Shown here in pieces: positions 10,307 to 21,290 of a stretch of DNA of 64,000 nucleotides (its first letter is position 1; each line of letters opens with the position of its first letter). Under the pieces are notes generated by a model that was not told the DNA's origin, searched no databases, and saw only the letters and a program-made list of their open reading frames with translations. Both the position numbers and the translations under genes were made by a program. Origin of the DNA: an uncultured bacterium (lineage in GTDB: Bacteria > Verrucomicrobiota > Verrucomicrobiia > Limisphaerales > UBA8199); NCBI GenBank assembly GCA_963749495.1, contig CAVVMW010000001.1, forward strand, positions 789,685 to 853,684. The letters are read 5' to 3'.

Positions 10307-10728
10307 GATACGTGCTGGACACCAATATCGTCAGCGAGACCAGCAGGCCGAGGCCCGACGCCCTGTGCCTGGCGTGGCTAAGCCGCCATGCCGCCGATTG
10401 CTGCCTGACCACCATCACGCTGGCGGAGATGCGCTATGGGGTAGAGCGGTTGCCGGAGGGCAAGCGCCGACGCGAGTTGGCCCGAAAGTATGAATTCATC
10501 CGGCAGGACTTTCGAGATTGGATACTGGATTTCGATGAGGCCGCCGCGAGCGAATTCGGCCGGTACGTGGCCGAGCTCGAAGCCGCGCGGGGCGCACAGG
10601 CGGTGGAGGCAGCCGACATCCGCGATTTGCAAATTGCCGCCATTGCCCGCGCCCAAGGATGGACCGTCGCCACTCGCAATACTGCACATTTCCCGTTTGT
10701 GGAGACGGTCAATCCGTTCGACGCGTGA
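10303..10728 (+). CDS. vapC: PIN-domain toxin
   Basis: YVLDTNIVSE, TLAEMRYG, DLQIAAIA, VATRN motifs. Confidence 0.93.
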   Translation: MRYVLDTNIVSETSRPRPDALCLAWLSRHAADCCLTTITLAEMRYGVERLPEGKRRRELARKYEFIRQDFRDWILDFDEAAASEFGRYVAELEAARGAQAVEAADIRDLQIAAIARAQGWTVATRNTAHFPFVETVNPFDA

Positions 10729-10829
10729 ACCCTGGCCGTGCCAGGACCCACAGTGTGGAGCGTGAGAGCGTGGAGGAGGGACGCCGCGACCGCTTGGGGA
10801 GCCCGTCGCGGCTTTCGGAAGGGCAATGA

Positions 10830-10903
10830 AAGCGCAGAGACGCAATGAACGCAGAGAAGACAAACGAAACCAATCTCTGCGTTCATTGCGTCTCTGCGGT
10901 TAA
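10830..10903. repeat. REP-like hairpin
   Basis: cgcagagacgcaatgaacgcagaga / tctctgcgttcattgcgtctctgcg; related to 50911-51013. Confidence 0.7.
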
Positions 10904-10908
10904 ATAGA

Positions 10909-11726
10909 ACTGATAAGAATTTGCTTTTTCGCCGCGCCCCCGGTTTTGACGCTACGCGGGTGAGGGAGAATTGGTTTCTGGCCGCATTCATCACGGGGGG
11001 ATGATGCAGGAGCGGCACGCGCCCGTCAACCGGCACATTCTGCCGGTTCCTGGGCGGTTTTGGCGGCGGGGTCGGAAGCGGCAGCCAGGGCAGGAACCTG
11101 CGCAGAAATGGGCTTGGTTACCCCCCGGCCTGGGCGTCGAAGGGCCGTCGCCGGGCAACGTTGTTCGGTCCCGAGGGCCTTAAGCCAGCGGCGCTCAATT
11201 TGTCAGCACGTTCTCGTAATTTGGGGTGGGGTCCACGTCGTCACAGGGTTCGTAGGTGTAAGGCCCTGCGGCGCCCGGAGGGGACAACCCGGCGGGCCTG
11301 CCTGCCGTAGCCTCGGCGCAGGCGGGCGGGTCGTGCCAGGCGCCGAGATGGCGAAGAATCTTCTCAACGACGCGCGGGTCGTCAATCACCGCGATGACGC
11401 GCATCGGGTTTTGGCAGACGGGACAGCGGAGGGGATCGATATGCCAGACGCGGAGGATCCGCCTTCGCTAAAGCTACGGCGGGACAGGTCCGCCTTCGCT
11501 AAAGCTACGGCGGGACAGGTCCGCCTTCGCTAAAGCTACGGCGGGACAGGTCCGCCTTCGCTGGAGCTACGGCGGGACAAGTCAGGTTGCGCCCTTTCTT
11601 TGAGGGGAGCTTGAGGGGCGGCGGGGAAACGCCTGGGCGGTGGGGGGCCAACTCCGGCGGCAGGCCTCGGTGGCGAACGCAACGCATTTTGTTGCTGTAC
11701 CAACCGTAGTAGCGTAGCGGGCTCAC
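10909..11726 (-). mobile_element. IS91-family remnant: transposase C-terminus plus oriIS-like end
   Basis: RYYGWYSNKMR...ILRVWHIDPLRCPVCQNPMRVIAVIDDPRVVEKILRHLG; downstream AAAGCAAATTCTTATCA. Confidence 0.8.
11458..11581. repeat. Four tandem copies of a 31-bp palindromic unit
   Basis: tccgccttcgctaaagctacggcgggacagg x4 (last copy diverged); single copy at 8968-8997. Confidence 0.95.
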
Positions 11727-11900
11727 AACAGCTTATTTTCACTTTCCTGGGCATCCGCTTCTCTTGGGTTCCGGGTTTTGTCGCGGGTTCGGAACGAGGT
11801 TTTTCCACAATTCTCCACCGGTCCCGGCGCCTGAGCCCGGCGAGTCAGCCTGCCGGCAAGTCGCTGGGATTGGTGCGGATGACGGTGAGAGAGACCATTG

Positions 11901-12160
11901 GGTGCGATTAAAAGCGTCGGACGTGCGCCTCGGGAGTTTTGTCCCGGAGGGACATCTGACAATAGCCCGGCGTTTCAACGCCGGGGAGGCCACAAAAGGG
12001 ACCCTCGTCCCGAAGGGACGACTGAGAACATTCCTGGCTTTCAGCCGTCCCTTCGGGACGGACCTGCTCCTTGGGTCCGCTCACCCGGCGTTGAAACGCC
12101 GGGCTATTCTCGGAAGCCCCTCCGGGGCAAAAAGGCGCCTTGGGCTGACCGACAGTTTTA
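11901..12160. repeat. ~250-bp nested palindromic element (REPIN/MITE-like), family A
   Basis: aatagcccggcgtttcaacgccggg / cccggcgttgaaacgccgggctatt with gtcccgaagggac hairpins; near-identical to 45635-45895. Confidence 0.9.
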
Positions 12161-12250
12161 ATCTCGCCCGAGACCATTGTCGAACTTGACTTGTGATTTG
12201 CCTTCCGAATATAAAGCGTCATGTATGTTTAGTCGCTGGATAGAATCTCG

Positions 12251-14246
12251 CTACTCGATATTCTTGAGCGCGGCCTCGGCGGCCCAGCGCACGCGGGGCA
12301 GTTTCGCCATCTCTTTCAGGAACGGCACCGCGGGCACCGCCGCCGGCCGGCCGATGGCCCCGAGAGCGGACACATAGGAGCGCAAGACCTGGATGTGTTC
12401 ATCCTTGGCCGAGCCCGCGGCGAGCAGGGCCGGGACGGCAGGCGCCGCTTCGGGTCCGATGCCCGCGAGCGCGTTTGCGGACATGAGCCGCACGTTCGGG
12501 TCGCTGTCCTTCAAAGCCGCCGTCAGCGCCCCGAGCGCCGGGCGCGCGGCCTTTCCGCGGTCGCGCAGGGCGATCGCCGCCAGCCCGCGCATCACGGGGT
12601 CGGGATCGGACAGCGCCTGCGCGACTTCGGCGACGGTGCCCGCGGGGAATCTCGGCTCCTTCACTTGGGCGGCTGCGGCCCATGCCGCCGGACCAGTGCG
12701 GGCCAGGACGATATTATCCACACCCAGGTTGTAGCGCGAGGCGGCCGCGTTTTTCCCGACGCAGATGTAGGCCAGGGTGTGGCGCCCCCGTGTCAGGCGC
12801 GGCCACCCTACCTGGTAAGCTGCCCCCACGTAGGTTTCAAACGCGTAGCCGTCGAACGCCGTCCGCGGCAGGATATCGGCACCGGGCTCGTGTTCGAGTT
12901 GGGATGCGACCGGCGCCTTGCCGTCGAGCAGGATGCTGTAGATGCCATAATCCGAGGCCTGCGCCAGCTCCGTATAGACCTCGTAATCGCCATCCTCAGG
13001 GACATCGAACGGGAGCTCGAGCTTCGAACCTTTGCCTTCCGCTTCGAAGAGGATGACGTCCTTGGACCAGAAGAGGTCGCGGACGACCGAGGTCTTGCCG
13101 CCCTCGGCCCTGGCTTGGGGCAGCGAATTCTCGACTTCGATCTGGATGGCGTTGCCTTGAGGGAGCCGGGCCGGCCCATACGGCACCGGCGGTTGGTCGT
13201 GCGCGACCCCTTCCTGGTACCAGAACGCCACGCTGGACATCAGGTCCGTGCGCTCCCCGAAGGCCGACTTTACGGAACCATCGGCGTTATAGGTCCAGCC
13301 CTTATGTTCGATGTCGAACTTGAGCGACCTGGTGAAAGGTATCGGGTCGAACAGGTGCCAGCGGTACGCGGTCATCCGCGAGCCCAGGTCGGTGCCGTCG
13401 GCCACTGTCACTCCGTAGTTGGGACCGTCAACCACGTGCAAACCCCAGGCATCGTTGAAATAATCCTCCGTCCCGGTCCCCTCGATGGACGGCCGCGCCT
13501 CGCCGTCCACCCAGAAGTGATCGTCGCCCTCTCCGAACCAGCCCGCCTCGGCCTGGACCACCGAGAGCACCGTGCCCACGTAATGCCCCCTGCCCTTCAC
13601 GTTCAGAAACTCGTACGGCGCGCCATCCGCCGGCGCCGGCAAGGCCTGGCGATAGCGGGCGTGAAAATACAGCGTGCTCTTGGGCAACGATGGAACTTTC
13701 TGCCAGTCCACGTGGTAATAAAGATTGGAGGCGCGGCGCCGGCCTTCATTGGTGACCGTGACCTTGCAGGCCTTCCGGAACGGCATCGGCCAATAGCAAT
13801 TCCTGGCCCGGCCCTCCGAACTGTCGCGGACCATCAGGGACCGTACGCCCCGTTCCATCCCGTGGCCGACCGCAAAGAAATCGCCCACCGGCGCGTCCAC
13901 GCTCGGTTCGGCATCGCCGTCGTAGTAGATGCGCAGCCGGAGCAGCCGCGGCCAGCCGGTACTCGTTGTCCGCGATGGTCACCCAGAGATGGGTCACCAC
14001 GCCGGGCCCCTTCAGATCGGCGAGCACGATGGTCTCGCCTGGGATGGGGCGCTTGCTATCGTCATTTGAGTTCCAATCCGGGTTGTTCGAGGACGCGCGG
14101 TGTGCCGTGAAGTTCTTCGGTTCGACCAGGCGAAAGGGGTCGGGAAACCCCGCCGCCGGTTCCTGGGCGGGCACCGCTGCGCCGGCCATGGCCAGGGCCG
14201 CCGCCAGCAGGGCGGCAAAACGGATAGGCTTCTCGTTGGGCTTCAT
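12251..14246 (-). CDS. DUF2961 (GH172-like) protein with C-terminal HEAT repeats; frameshift near 13955
   Basis: GPGVVTHLW, PVGDFF, YWPMPF, WFGEGD, GTGTEDYF; ALSDPDPVMRGLAA HEAT repeats; signal peptide. Confidence 0.85.
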
Positions 14247-14302
14247 GCCCGCCATTATGCCGCCCCACCCCCCCGCGTCAAGGAACGCATCTTGTCAGTA
14301 AC

Positions 14303-14436
14303 GTGGGGCAGACCTCCGGTCTGCCAGTTAAAGCCTCCTCTGGAGGCGTGTCTGCCTTGGCTGGGGAGGCGCCGGGCAGCTTCGGAACCACGGGGCCAGA
14401 GGCCCCGCCAACCGGCAGACCAGAGGTCTGCCCCAC
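14303..14436. repeat. REP-like inverted repeat, family B
   Basis: gtggggcagacctccggtctgcc / ggcagaccagaggtctgccccac; also 56622-56736. Confidence 0.85.
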
Positions 14437-14805
14437 GGAACAAGCTCATGCTATGGTGGTACTGGCAAGATGCGCCCCGCGTCAAGGCGAGCCGGATTCC
14501 GGGGTTGCCGGAACGACTCCCGATCCACCCAGAAACACAAAGTACTCAACCACGGCGGCGCCCACCACGAACTTGTGTTCGCGGATCATTCGCAGGGTTT
14601 GTGCAGGGGGCTACGGAATGGGCCGAAACCGGCAGCGCAAGCTCTGCCAGCTCCGCCCGGTGGGCCGCAGCGCTCGTGGGAGAGACGTAATGCGTCGAAA
14701 ACAGTTCCTCCATGCCAGGATCGCCGTGCTTGGTGAAACAAAGTCATTTTAACGTCTCTTCGCCAGCGAGCAAGCCTGGTTTCATTTCCATTTCATTTTG
14801 CCGGG

Positions 14806-15867
14806 TTATGAACCGCTCCCCCCAAACCGCCCCAGTTGTGCCAGCGCGTCGCTTGCTGCCGGAAGCGATTCCACCAAACGCACCGGCACACCGATGGACT
14901 CACCGGCGGGGCGCAGCACCTCGAGCAGGTCTTTCGAGTCCACATGAATGGCACCGGGCCGCGCCTTGGCGGCGAGCAGCCCCTTTACGAGTACTTTGAC
15001 TGCCACCTCGCGCAACGGCGCGGCCCCGTGGACAATCTGCGAGCTCAATATGTAAAAGGAGGCCCTGTCCGACAGCAGCCCGATACGTCCACAAACCGGC
15101 CGATGCGCCTCTTCGTCGAAAAAGGACATTTCGGGCGTGAGCCGCGCCAACAGCTCGAAGATGAGTGCCGACCGCACTGGCAGGTCCTGGAGCGCTGTCC
15201 GATCCTCCGCGCTCAGCACGACCGGTTCGGGCGGAGGGACCGGTCCGGGCACCAGCGGCAGCCACTCGATTTCCTCCGGCCGCAGTGAATCCTCCGGTCC
15301 GGCTGGCACGAGCGGCACTTCGCCCGCGGGATGGTTCTGATACAGTGTCGCCGTGTCTTTGAGCAGCCGGGCGAACCGGTTCACCTTCTGAATGAAATCG
15401 GCCAACTGGCGTGCCTCGGTTTGATTCGGGAACCACGGAAACCATCCCGGCTCGCAACTGGAGAATTTGGGCCACACCGGGCCACGGCCCGCCGGTTTGT
15501 AGGCGGCGTTCGCCAGCGTCTCCTGGTCCGTACGGCGAAGCTCCCTCTTGCTGGTCCATTCAACTTGCAGATAATCCAGCGCCTCAATCACCGCCTCGGG
15601 ATCGGGGCCGATAGGTTCCGTCGCCATCTTGTGGATGTAGCGCAATCCCAACGCGCGGCGATAAAAGATCACCCCAAACACCTGCCGCAGCGCGCCCAGC
15701 ACCGAAGCCACGTGCAACTCGCCGGTGGTCGCGTCCCGGACACCAACCAGGTGCAGGTCGGACATGAACTCCCACGGCTTGAGTTCCGCAATGCGCACGG
15801 ACGCCGCTACCAGCGGGCGTGCAAGTTCAGCCGGGAGACCCGGCGGCAAATAGGATTTCGCAGGCAC
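14806..15867 (-). CDS. Conserved hypothetical protein (DUF7309/DUF6930-like)
   Basis: 353-aa ORF; LKPWEFMSD..VGVRDATTGE..SVLG and PGWFPW motifs. Confidence 0.7.
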   Translation of the reverse strand: MPAKSYLPPGLPAELARPLVAASVRIAELKPWEFMSDLHLVGVRDATTGELHVASVLGALRQVFGVIFYRRALGLRYIHKMATEPIGPDPEAVIEALDYLQVEWTSKRELRRTDQETLANAAYKPAGRGPVWPKFSSCEPGWFPWFPNQTEARQLADFIQKVNRFARLLKDTATLYQNHPAGEVPLVPAGPEDSLRPEEIEWLPLVPGPVPPPEPVVLSAEDRTALQDLPVRSALIFELLARLTPEMSFFDEEAHRPVCGRIGLLSDRASFYILSSQIVHGAAPLREVAVKVLVKGLLAAKARPGAIHVDSKDLLEVLRPAGESIGVPVRLVESLPAASDALAQLGRFGGSGS

Positions 15868-16009
15868 CAGGCTAAGATGGATGATTCTTTACGGCTTGTG
15901 AACGAAAAAACCAGAGCAGAGTGCGGCCTCAGTCAGGCAGAGCAGGCGTCGCCGAACGCGCCGTGTCCCCGTCATTTCAGGACTTCTTACGAGGTGTCTG
16001 GGAAGGAGA

Positions 16010-16086
16010 TGGTCGGGGCGGTGAGATTTGAACTCACGACCTTCTGAACCCCATTCAGACGCGCTACCAAGCTACGCTACGCCCCG
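16010..16086 (-). tRNA. tRNA-Pro(GGG)
   Basis: cggggcgtagcgtagcttggtagcgcg-tctga-atGGGgt-tcaga-aggtcgtgagttcaaatctcac-cgccccg-aCCA cloverleaf. Confidence 0.97.
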
Positions 16087-16200
16087 AACCATCGGGCAGG
16101 CCCGTCGAGCCGGCACGTGGGAATACTACCCCGGCACGGAGGGATTTCAACTACGAAAGTGCGGGTCCAACCCGTTCAGGGCGGACGACAGAAATCTTCG

Positions 16201-16256
16201 CTGCCGCATAAATGCGGCGTTCCGAGGCGAACCGGAACGCCGCATTTATGCGGCAG
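16201..16256. repeat. Perfect 23-bp inverted repeat downstream of rho1
   Basis: ctgccgcataaatgcggcgttcc / ggaacgccgcatttatgcggcag. Confidence 0.85.
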
Positions 16257-16296
16257 GCGGGCGCTTAGGAAGAAATCTGTCGCGCGCTCAGCCGGT

Positions 16297-18111
16297 TCAG
16301 CTCACGGTCATGCCGAGGAGGAACTCGATGTTGCTGCCGGTCTTCTTGAGCTTGTTGAGGACCAGTTCCATGGCCTCGACGGGCGGCACGCCGGTGAGGG
16401 CGCGGCGGAGGATGACCACGCGGTTGTATTCGTCGGGGTGGTAGAGCAATTCCTCTTTGCGGGTGCCGGAGAGCTCGATGTTGATCGAGGGGAAGATGCG
16501 GCGGTCCACCAGGGCGCGGTCCAGACACACCTCCATGTTGCCGGTGCCCTTGAACTCCTCGAAGATGACTTCGTCCATGCGCGAACCGGTATCGACCAGG
16601 GCGGTGGCGATGATGGTGAGCGAGCCGCCCTCTTCGATGTTGCGGGCGGCGCCGAAGAACCGCTTGGGCTTGTGCAGGGCGTTGGCGTCCACGCCGCCCG
16701 AGAGGATCTTGCCCGAGTGCGGCTGGACCGTGTTGTAGGCGCGCGCCAGGCGGGTGATCGAGTCGAGCAGGATGACGACGTCGCGTTTGTGCTCGATCAT
16801 GCGCTTGGCCTTTTCGCTGACCATCTCGGCCACCTGGACGTGCCGTTCGGGCGGCTCGTCGAAGGTGGAACTGATGACCTCGGCCCCGCGGCAGGACCGC
16901 TCCATGTCGGTGACCTCCTCGGGCCGCTCATCGATGAGCAGGATGAAGAGGTAGGCCTCGGGATTGTTTTTGAGAATCGCGTTGGCCAGCTTCTGCATCA
17001 GGACCGTCTTGCCCGTGCGAGGCGGGGCGACGATCAGCCCGCGCGTCCCTTTGCCGATCGGGCACACCAAATCGAGCACGCGCGTCGAGAGTTCGTCCGC
17101 GACCGTCTCCAGGATGAACCGTTTGTCGGGAAAGAGCGGCGTCAGGTTGTCGAAGTGGGTCTTGTCCTTGGCCTTGTCGGGGTCTTCCTGGTCGACCGCC
17201 TCGACCTTGAGCAGGGCGAAGAACCGCTCCTTTTCCTTGGGCGGGCGGATCTGGCCGGCGATGAGGTTGCCGGTCTGCAGGTCGAAGCGGCGGATCTGCG
17301 AGGGCGAGACGTAGATGTCTTCCGGGCAGGGCAGGTAATTGAAGCTCTGTGAGCGCAGGAAGCCGAACCCCTCGGGCAGCACCTCCAGCACGCCTTCCGA
17401 GAACAACACGCCCGCCCGCTCGGCGTTCTTCTGGAGGATGTGAAAGATGACCTCGTGCTTGCGCATCGTGCCGAAGTTCTCGACCCCGAGCTCGCGCGCC
17501 ATTTGGTTGAGTTCTGTCATCGACAGGCTCTGCAGCTTGGCGATGTTGAGGGAAGCGGCGATGCGGTCTTTATCGGGGCCTGAGGAGACCGGCGGTTCGG
17601 CGTGCCGTTCGGCCCGGTCAGGCCCCGCCCTCTGGTCGCCCTTGCCGGGCCGGTCCTGCCGGCGCTTGCCCTGCCTCTCGGGCCTCTGTTGGGCGGGCGC
17701 GCGCTGCTCGGCGCCCTGCTCCGGGGCAAAGCTGCGCGGCGCCGCATCGGGCCCCGGCGGCTTCTGGGCCATCTGCGGAATCTCCGGAGCGCGCTCCTCC
17801 TCCCGGGTGGCTGTCTGCGCGCCTTGCTCGGCGGCAGGCGGGGCCTCGGTTTGGGCCTGGGCGGTCGTTGCCTCGGGTTGGTCACGGCGCCGCGCGCGCT
17901 CGGCCCTCTCCTGCACGGGCCTGGCGGGTTGAACCGGCAGCTCGGGCTGCTCGACGCGGGGCCTTTCCAGGGGCGGCTCCTCGGCCCGGACCGGGGATGC
18001 CTCCACCGCCGTCGTCACGGAGGCCGGCTCGATAACATCGCCGTTGGGTCCGCGCTCAGCGGGCTGGGTCTTGGGCGTTTTGGTCTTGGCCTTCTTTGTG
18101 GCTCTTGGCAT
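16297..18111 (-). CDS. rho: Transcription termination factor Rho with ~185-aa low-complexity N-terminal extension
   Basis: [54 protein letters not shown]. Confidence 0.97.
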   Translation of the reverse strand: MPRATKKAKTKTPKTQPAERGPNGDVIEPASVTTAVEASPVRAEEPPLERPRVEQPELPVQPARPVQERAERARRRDQPEATTAQAQTEAPPAAEQGAQTATREEERAPEIPQMAQKPPGPDAAPRSFAPEQGAEQRAPAQQRPERQGKRRQDRPGKGDQRAGPDRAERHAEPPVSSGPDKDRIAASLNIAKLQSLSMTELNQMARELGVENFGTMRKHEVIFHILQKNAERAGVLFSEGVLEVLPEGFGFLRSQSFNYLPCPEDIYVSPSQIRRFDLQTGNLIAGQIRPPKEKERFFALLKVEAVDQEDPDKAKDKTHFDNLTPLFPDKRFILETVADELSTRVLDLVCPIGKGTRGLIVAPPRTGKTVLMQKLANAILKNNPEAYLFILLIDERPEEVTDMERSCRGAEVISSTFDEPPERHVQVAEMVSEKAKRMIEHKRDVVILLDSITRLARAYNTVQPHSGKILSGGVDANALHKPKRFFGAARNIEEGGSLTIIATALVDTGSRMDEVIFEEFKGTGNMEVCLDRALVDRRIFPSINIELSGTRKEELLYHPDEYNRVVILRRALTGVPPVEAMELVLNKLKKTGSNIEFLLGMTVS

Positions 18112-18428
18112 AGCTCAGAATAGCAGATTCAAACTATAACTCAGTTTCAGCAGGTGAGATTCAACTCAAGGCTGTTTGCCCGGCTCCTGATTGGACGGAC
18201 AAGGCTTCGATCAGTTCAATTTGGAACGGTTACCAACCGGGAGCACGCGGCAAAGGTCGTAAAAATCAGGCATGACAGCAAGATAAATCTTGCTGCAAAC
18301 CTTTCATAGCTTGCCGCACAGCGGCGGGCGTGTCAAGGGAAACGGAGGGCTTCAAAAAAAGAGCTTGCCGCCCGGGCGCTTATGGCCAACATTCTCTGGC
18401 AGAAACTTCATTGAATCCTTTGAATTAT

Positions 18429-19412
18429 ATGGGACGCGTCTATAACGATATTGTCGAGACCGTCGGCCGGACCCCCCTGGTCCGGTTGAACAAGGTCACG
18501 GCGGGATTGCCGGCCACCCTCCTGCTCAAGTGCGAGTTTTTCAATCCGCTTGGCAGCGTCAAGGACCGCATCGGCATGGCGATGATCGAGGATGCGGAAC
18601 GGCGCGGGGTCCTCAAGCGGGACACGGTGATCATCGAGCCGACCAGCGGCAATACCGGCATTGCGCTCGCCTTCGTGGCGGCGGCGCGGGGCTACCAACT
18701 CATCCTGACGATGCCCGAGACGATGTCGCTGGAACGTCGCACTTTGCTGGCGATGCTCGGCGCCCGGCTCGTGCTGACCCCCGGCACGGAGGGCATGAAA
18801 GGGGCCATCGCCAAGGCCGAGCAGTTGGCCAAGGAAACTCCCCATGCCTGGATCCCCCAGCAATTCGAAAACCCCGCAAACCCGGAGATCCATCGCCGGA
18901 CCACCGCCGAGGAGATCTGGGCCGACACGGACGGCAAAGTGGACATCCTGATCTCCGCCGTCGGCACCGGCGGCACCATTACCGGCTGCTGCGAGGTCAT
19001 CAAACCGCGCAAACCCTCCTTCCAGGCCATTGCGGTCGAGCCCAAGGACTCGCCCGTGATCTCCCAGGCCCTGGCCGGCCAACCGCTCAAACCGGGGCCG
19101 CATAAGATCCAGGGCACCGGCGCCGGATTCATCCCCAAGAACCTGCACCTCAAAGACTCCAAGGGCAACCCCCAGATTGTCGAGTGCATCCAGGTCACCA
19201 ACGACGATTCCTTTGCCATGGCGCGGCGTCTGGCCAAGGAAGAAGGCATCCTGGCCGGCATCTCTTCCGGGGCCAACGTCTGGGCGGCCATCGAGGTGGC
19301 CAAACGTCCCGAGAACCAGGGCAAGCTCATCGTGACCATCGCCTGCTCGACCGGCGAACGCTACCTGAGCACCCCACTGGCCGCCGAGGCACGCTCCCAG
19401 GTCGGAGGGTGA
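18429..19412 (+). CDS. cysK: Cysteine synthase A
   Basis: [34 protein letters not shown]. Confidence 0.95.
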   Translation: MGRVYNDIVETVGRTPLVRLNKVTAGLPATLLLKCEFFNPLGSVKDRIGMAMIEDAERRGVLKRDTVIIEPTSGNTGIALAFVAAARGYQLILTMPETMSLERRTLLAMLGARLVLTPGTEGMKGAIAKAEQLAKETPHAWIPQQFENPANPEIHRRTTAEEIWADTDGKVDILISAVGTGGTITGCCEVIKPRKPSFQAIAVEPKDSPVISQALAGQPLKPGPHKIQGTGAGFIPKNLHLKDSKGNPQIVECIQVTNDDSFAMARRLAKEEGILAGISSGANVWAAIEVAKRPENQGKLIVTIACSTGERYLSTPLAAEARSQVGG

Positions 19413-19414
19413 AG

Positions 19415-19518
19415 GGAGTGCGGAGTGCGGAGTGCGGAGTGTCCCGGCCAGTCGGGATTTCGCTCCGCTCAAGGGACTTTGGTGCGGAATGACGAATGAC
19501 GAATGACGAATGACGAAT
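19415..19518. repeat. Two adjacent 7-mer tandem arrays
   Basis: (ggagtgc)x~4 at 19415-19441 and (gaatgac)x4 at 19487-19518. Confidence 0.9.
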
Positions 19519-19847
19519 AGGCAGGGCTGGGCACAGAGCGTGGTGGGGGGGAAGAGGGCGGTCCTCGTCCCGCAGTCCCTTTGGTCACTTTTGTCCCTTA
19601 ATTACAGGCGAGGCCCGGTTTGGCCGGCCCCCGGGCCTGGTCCCAATCAGAAGGATTCTGAAAAAAAGTTGTTGCACATTAGCCGTTTTGCCGCTACATA
19701 TGAAGTGTAGCGAGGGTCTGTTAGCCGCGGATGGCGGTTGAAAAAGGGGCTGGAACCATCCTCGGCTGCTTCCCAAGATTCAATTTTCATTAAGTGGTTT
19801 TCGGGGATCAGTTCCGAAAAGCCTTCGCCTGCACTCAGATTAGTAGT

Positions 19848-20990
19848 ATGAGCACTGTGACCAATAGCGAGAAGAACGAAACCGCTGCTCTGGAATACGG
19901 CAGCGGGTATCTCGAAATCTCCGAGAAGGGCTTCGGCTTCCTCCGGACCTCCGAGAATCACTTCCACCCTAAACCGTCGGACATCTTCGTGACGCCCGAT
20001 ACCATCAAGCGGAATTTCCTGCGCGAGGGCAGCTTCGTCGTCGGCCCCACCCAGCCGCCGCACCGGGGCAACAGTCCCCAGTTAAAGGCGGTCGAGAAGG
20101 TCAACGACATGACCTTCGAGGACTACACCAAGTCGCTCCGGTTCGAGAACCTGACCACGATCGACCCGATCGAGAAGTTCAGGCTGGAGACCTCGCCGGA
20201 CCTCATCGAGACCCGGGTCATCGATATGGTCACCCCCCTGGGCAAAGGGACGCGCGGCCTCATTGTCGCCCCGCCCCGGACCGGCAAGACCACCATCCTC
20301 AAACAGATCGCCAATGCCATCACCGCCAATCACCCCGAGGTCCACGTCCTGGTCCTGCTCATTGACGAGCGGCCCGAGGAGGTCACCGATTTCCAACGTT
20401 CGGTCAATGCCGAGGTGGTCGCTTCCTCCAACGACCAGGACCTGGAGACCCACGTCCGCCTCTCCCGCTTCATGATCGAGCGGTGCCGCCGCATGGTCGA
20501 GGCCGGCAAGGATGTCTTCGTGCTCCTGGACTCGATCACCCGCGTGGCCCGCGCCTACAACAGCGTTCATGGCGGCAGCGGGCGCACCATGACCGGCGGT
20601 GTGGATGCCCGCGCCCTGGAAATCCCCCGCAAGATGTTCGCCTCGGCGCGCAAGATCGAAGAGGGCGGCTCGCTCACCATCCTGGCCACCGCGCTGGTCG
20701 ATACCGGCTCGCGCATGGACGAGCTGATCTTCCAGGAATTCAAAGGCACCGGCAACATGGAGTTGATCCTCGACCGCAAGCTCTCCGACCGCCGGCTCTT
20801 CCCCTCGATCAACATCCCCAAGAGCGGCACACGCAAGGAAGAGAAGCTCTTCCCCAAACACCAGATCGAGGCCGTGCGCAAACTCCGCCGCATGATGGTG
20901 GACCTCAACCCCGTCGAGGCCATGGAAACGCTCATCGCCGCCCTCAAGAAACACCGGACCAACGACGAACTATTGGCCAAACTGGTGTAG
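19848..20990 (+). CDS. rho: Second, short Rho paralogue lacking the N-terminal helical bundle
   Basis: GYLEISEKGFGFLR about 17 aa from the start; [34 protein letters not shown]. Confidence 0.95.
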   Translation: MSTVTNSEKNETAALEYGSGYLEISEKGFGFLRTSENHFHPKPSDIFVTPDTIKRNFLREGSFVVGPTQPPHRGNSPQLKAVEKVNDMTFEDYTKSLRFENLTTIDPIEKFRLETSPDLIETRVIDMVTPLGKGTRGLIVAPPRTGKTTILKQIANAITANHPEVHVLVLLIDERPEEVTDFQRSVNAEVVASSNDQDLETHVRLSRFMIERCRRMVEAGKDVFVLLDSITRVARAYNSVHGGSGRTMTGGVDARALEIPRKMFASARKIEEGGSLTILATALVDTGSRMDELIFQEFKGTGNMELILDRKLSDRRLFPSINIPKSGTRKEEKLFPKHQIEAVRKLRRMMVDLNPVEAMETLIAALKKHRTNDELLAKLV

Positions 20991-21059
20991 AGGTGGCAAT
21001 GTTGAGTTTCCTCCGAAATGCGGGAGGCATAACGAGCATGCGCCCTCGGCGCAGGCCCC

Positions 21060-21245
21060 GTCCCGAAGGGACGTTCCGACAATAGCCCAACGTTTCAACG
21101 TTGGGATCCGGGCGAAAATGGGCCGAGTCCCGAGGGGACGGCTGAAATCACCCGGCGTTTCAGCCGTCCCTTCGGGACTGGGGGTGCCTGCTCCTTCAAC
21201 CCAACGTTAAAACGTTGGGCTATTCTCAAGTGTCCCTCCGGGACA
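21060..21245. repeat. Nested palindromic element, family A variant
   Basis: aatagcccaacgtttcaacgttggg / cccaacgttaaaacgttgggctatt with gtcccgaagggac hairpins. Confidence 0.85.
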
Positions 21246-21290
21246 GAACCCGGCGGCATCGGTTCCGCCTGAACCCATCCGGCCGCAGCC

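Noticed and set aside
11458..11581. CRISPR-like 31-bp repeats
   Set aside because: Units are head to tail with no spacers, and no cas genes are in the window
12395..14110. Long antisense ORFs (also 16117-17352, 30602-32071, 40411-42054, 46902-48650)
   Set aside because: Expected shadows of high-GC genes on the opposite strand, with no recognisable motifs
15960..16086. tRNA-Pro as an island attachment site
   Set aside because: No duplicated tRNA 3' end or integrase seen in this window
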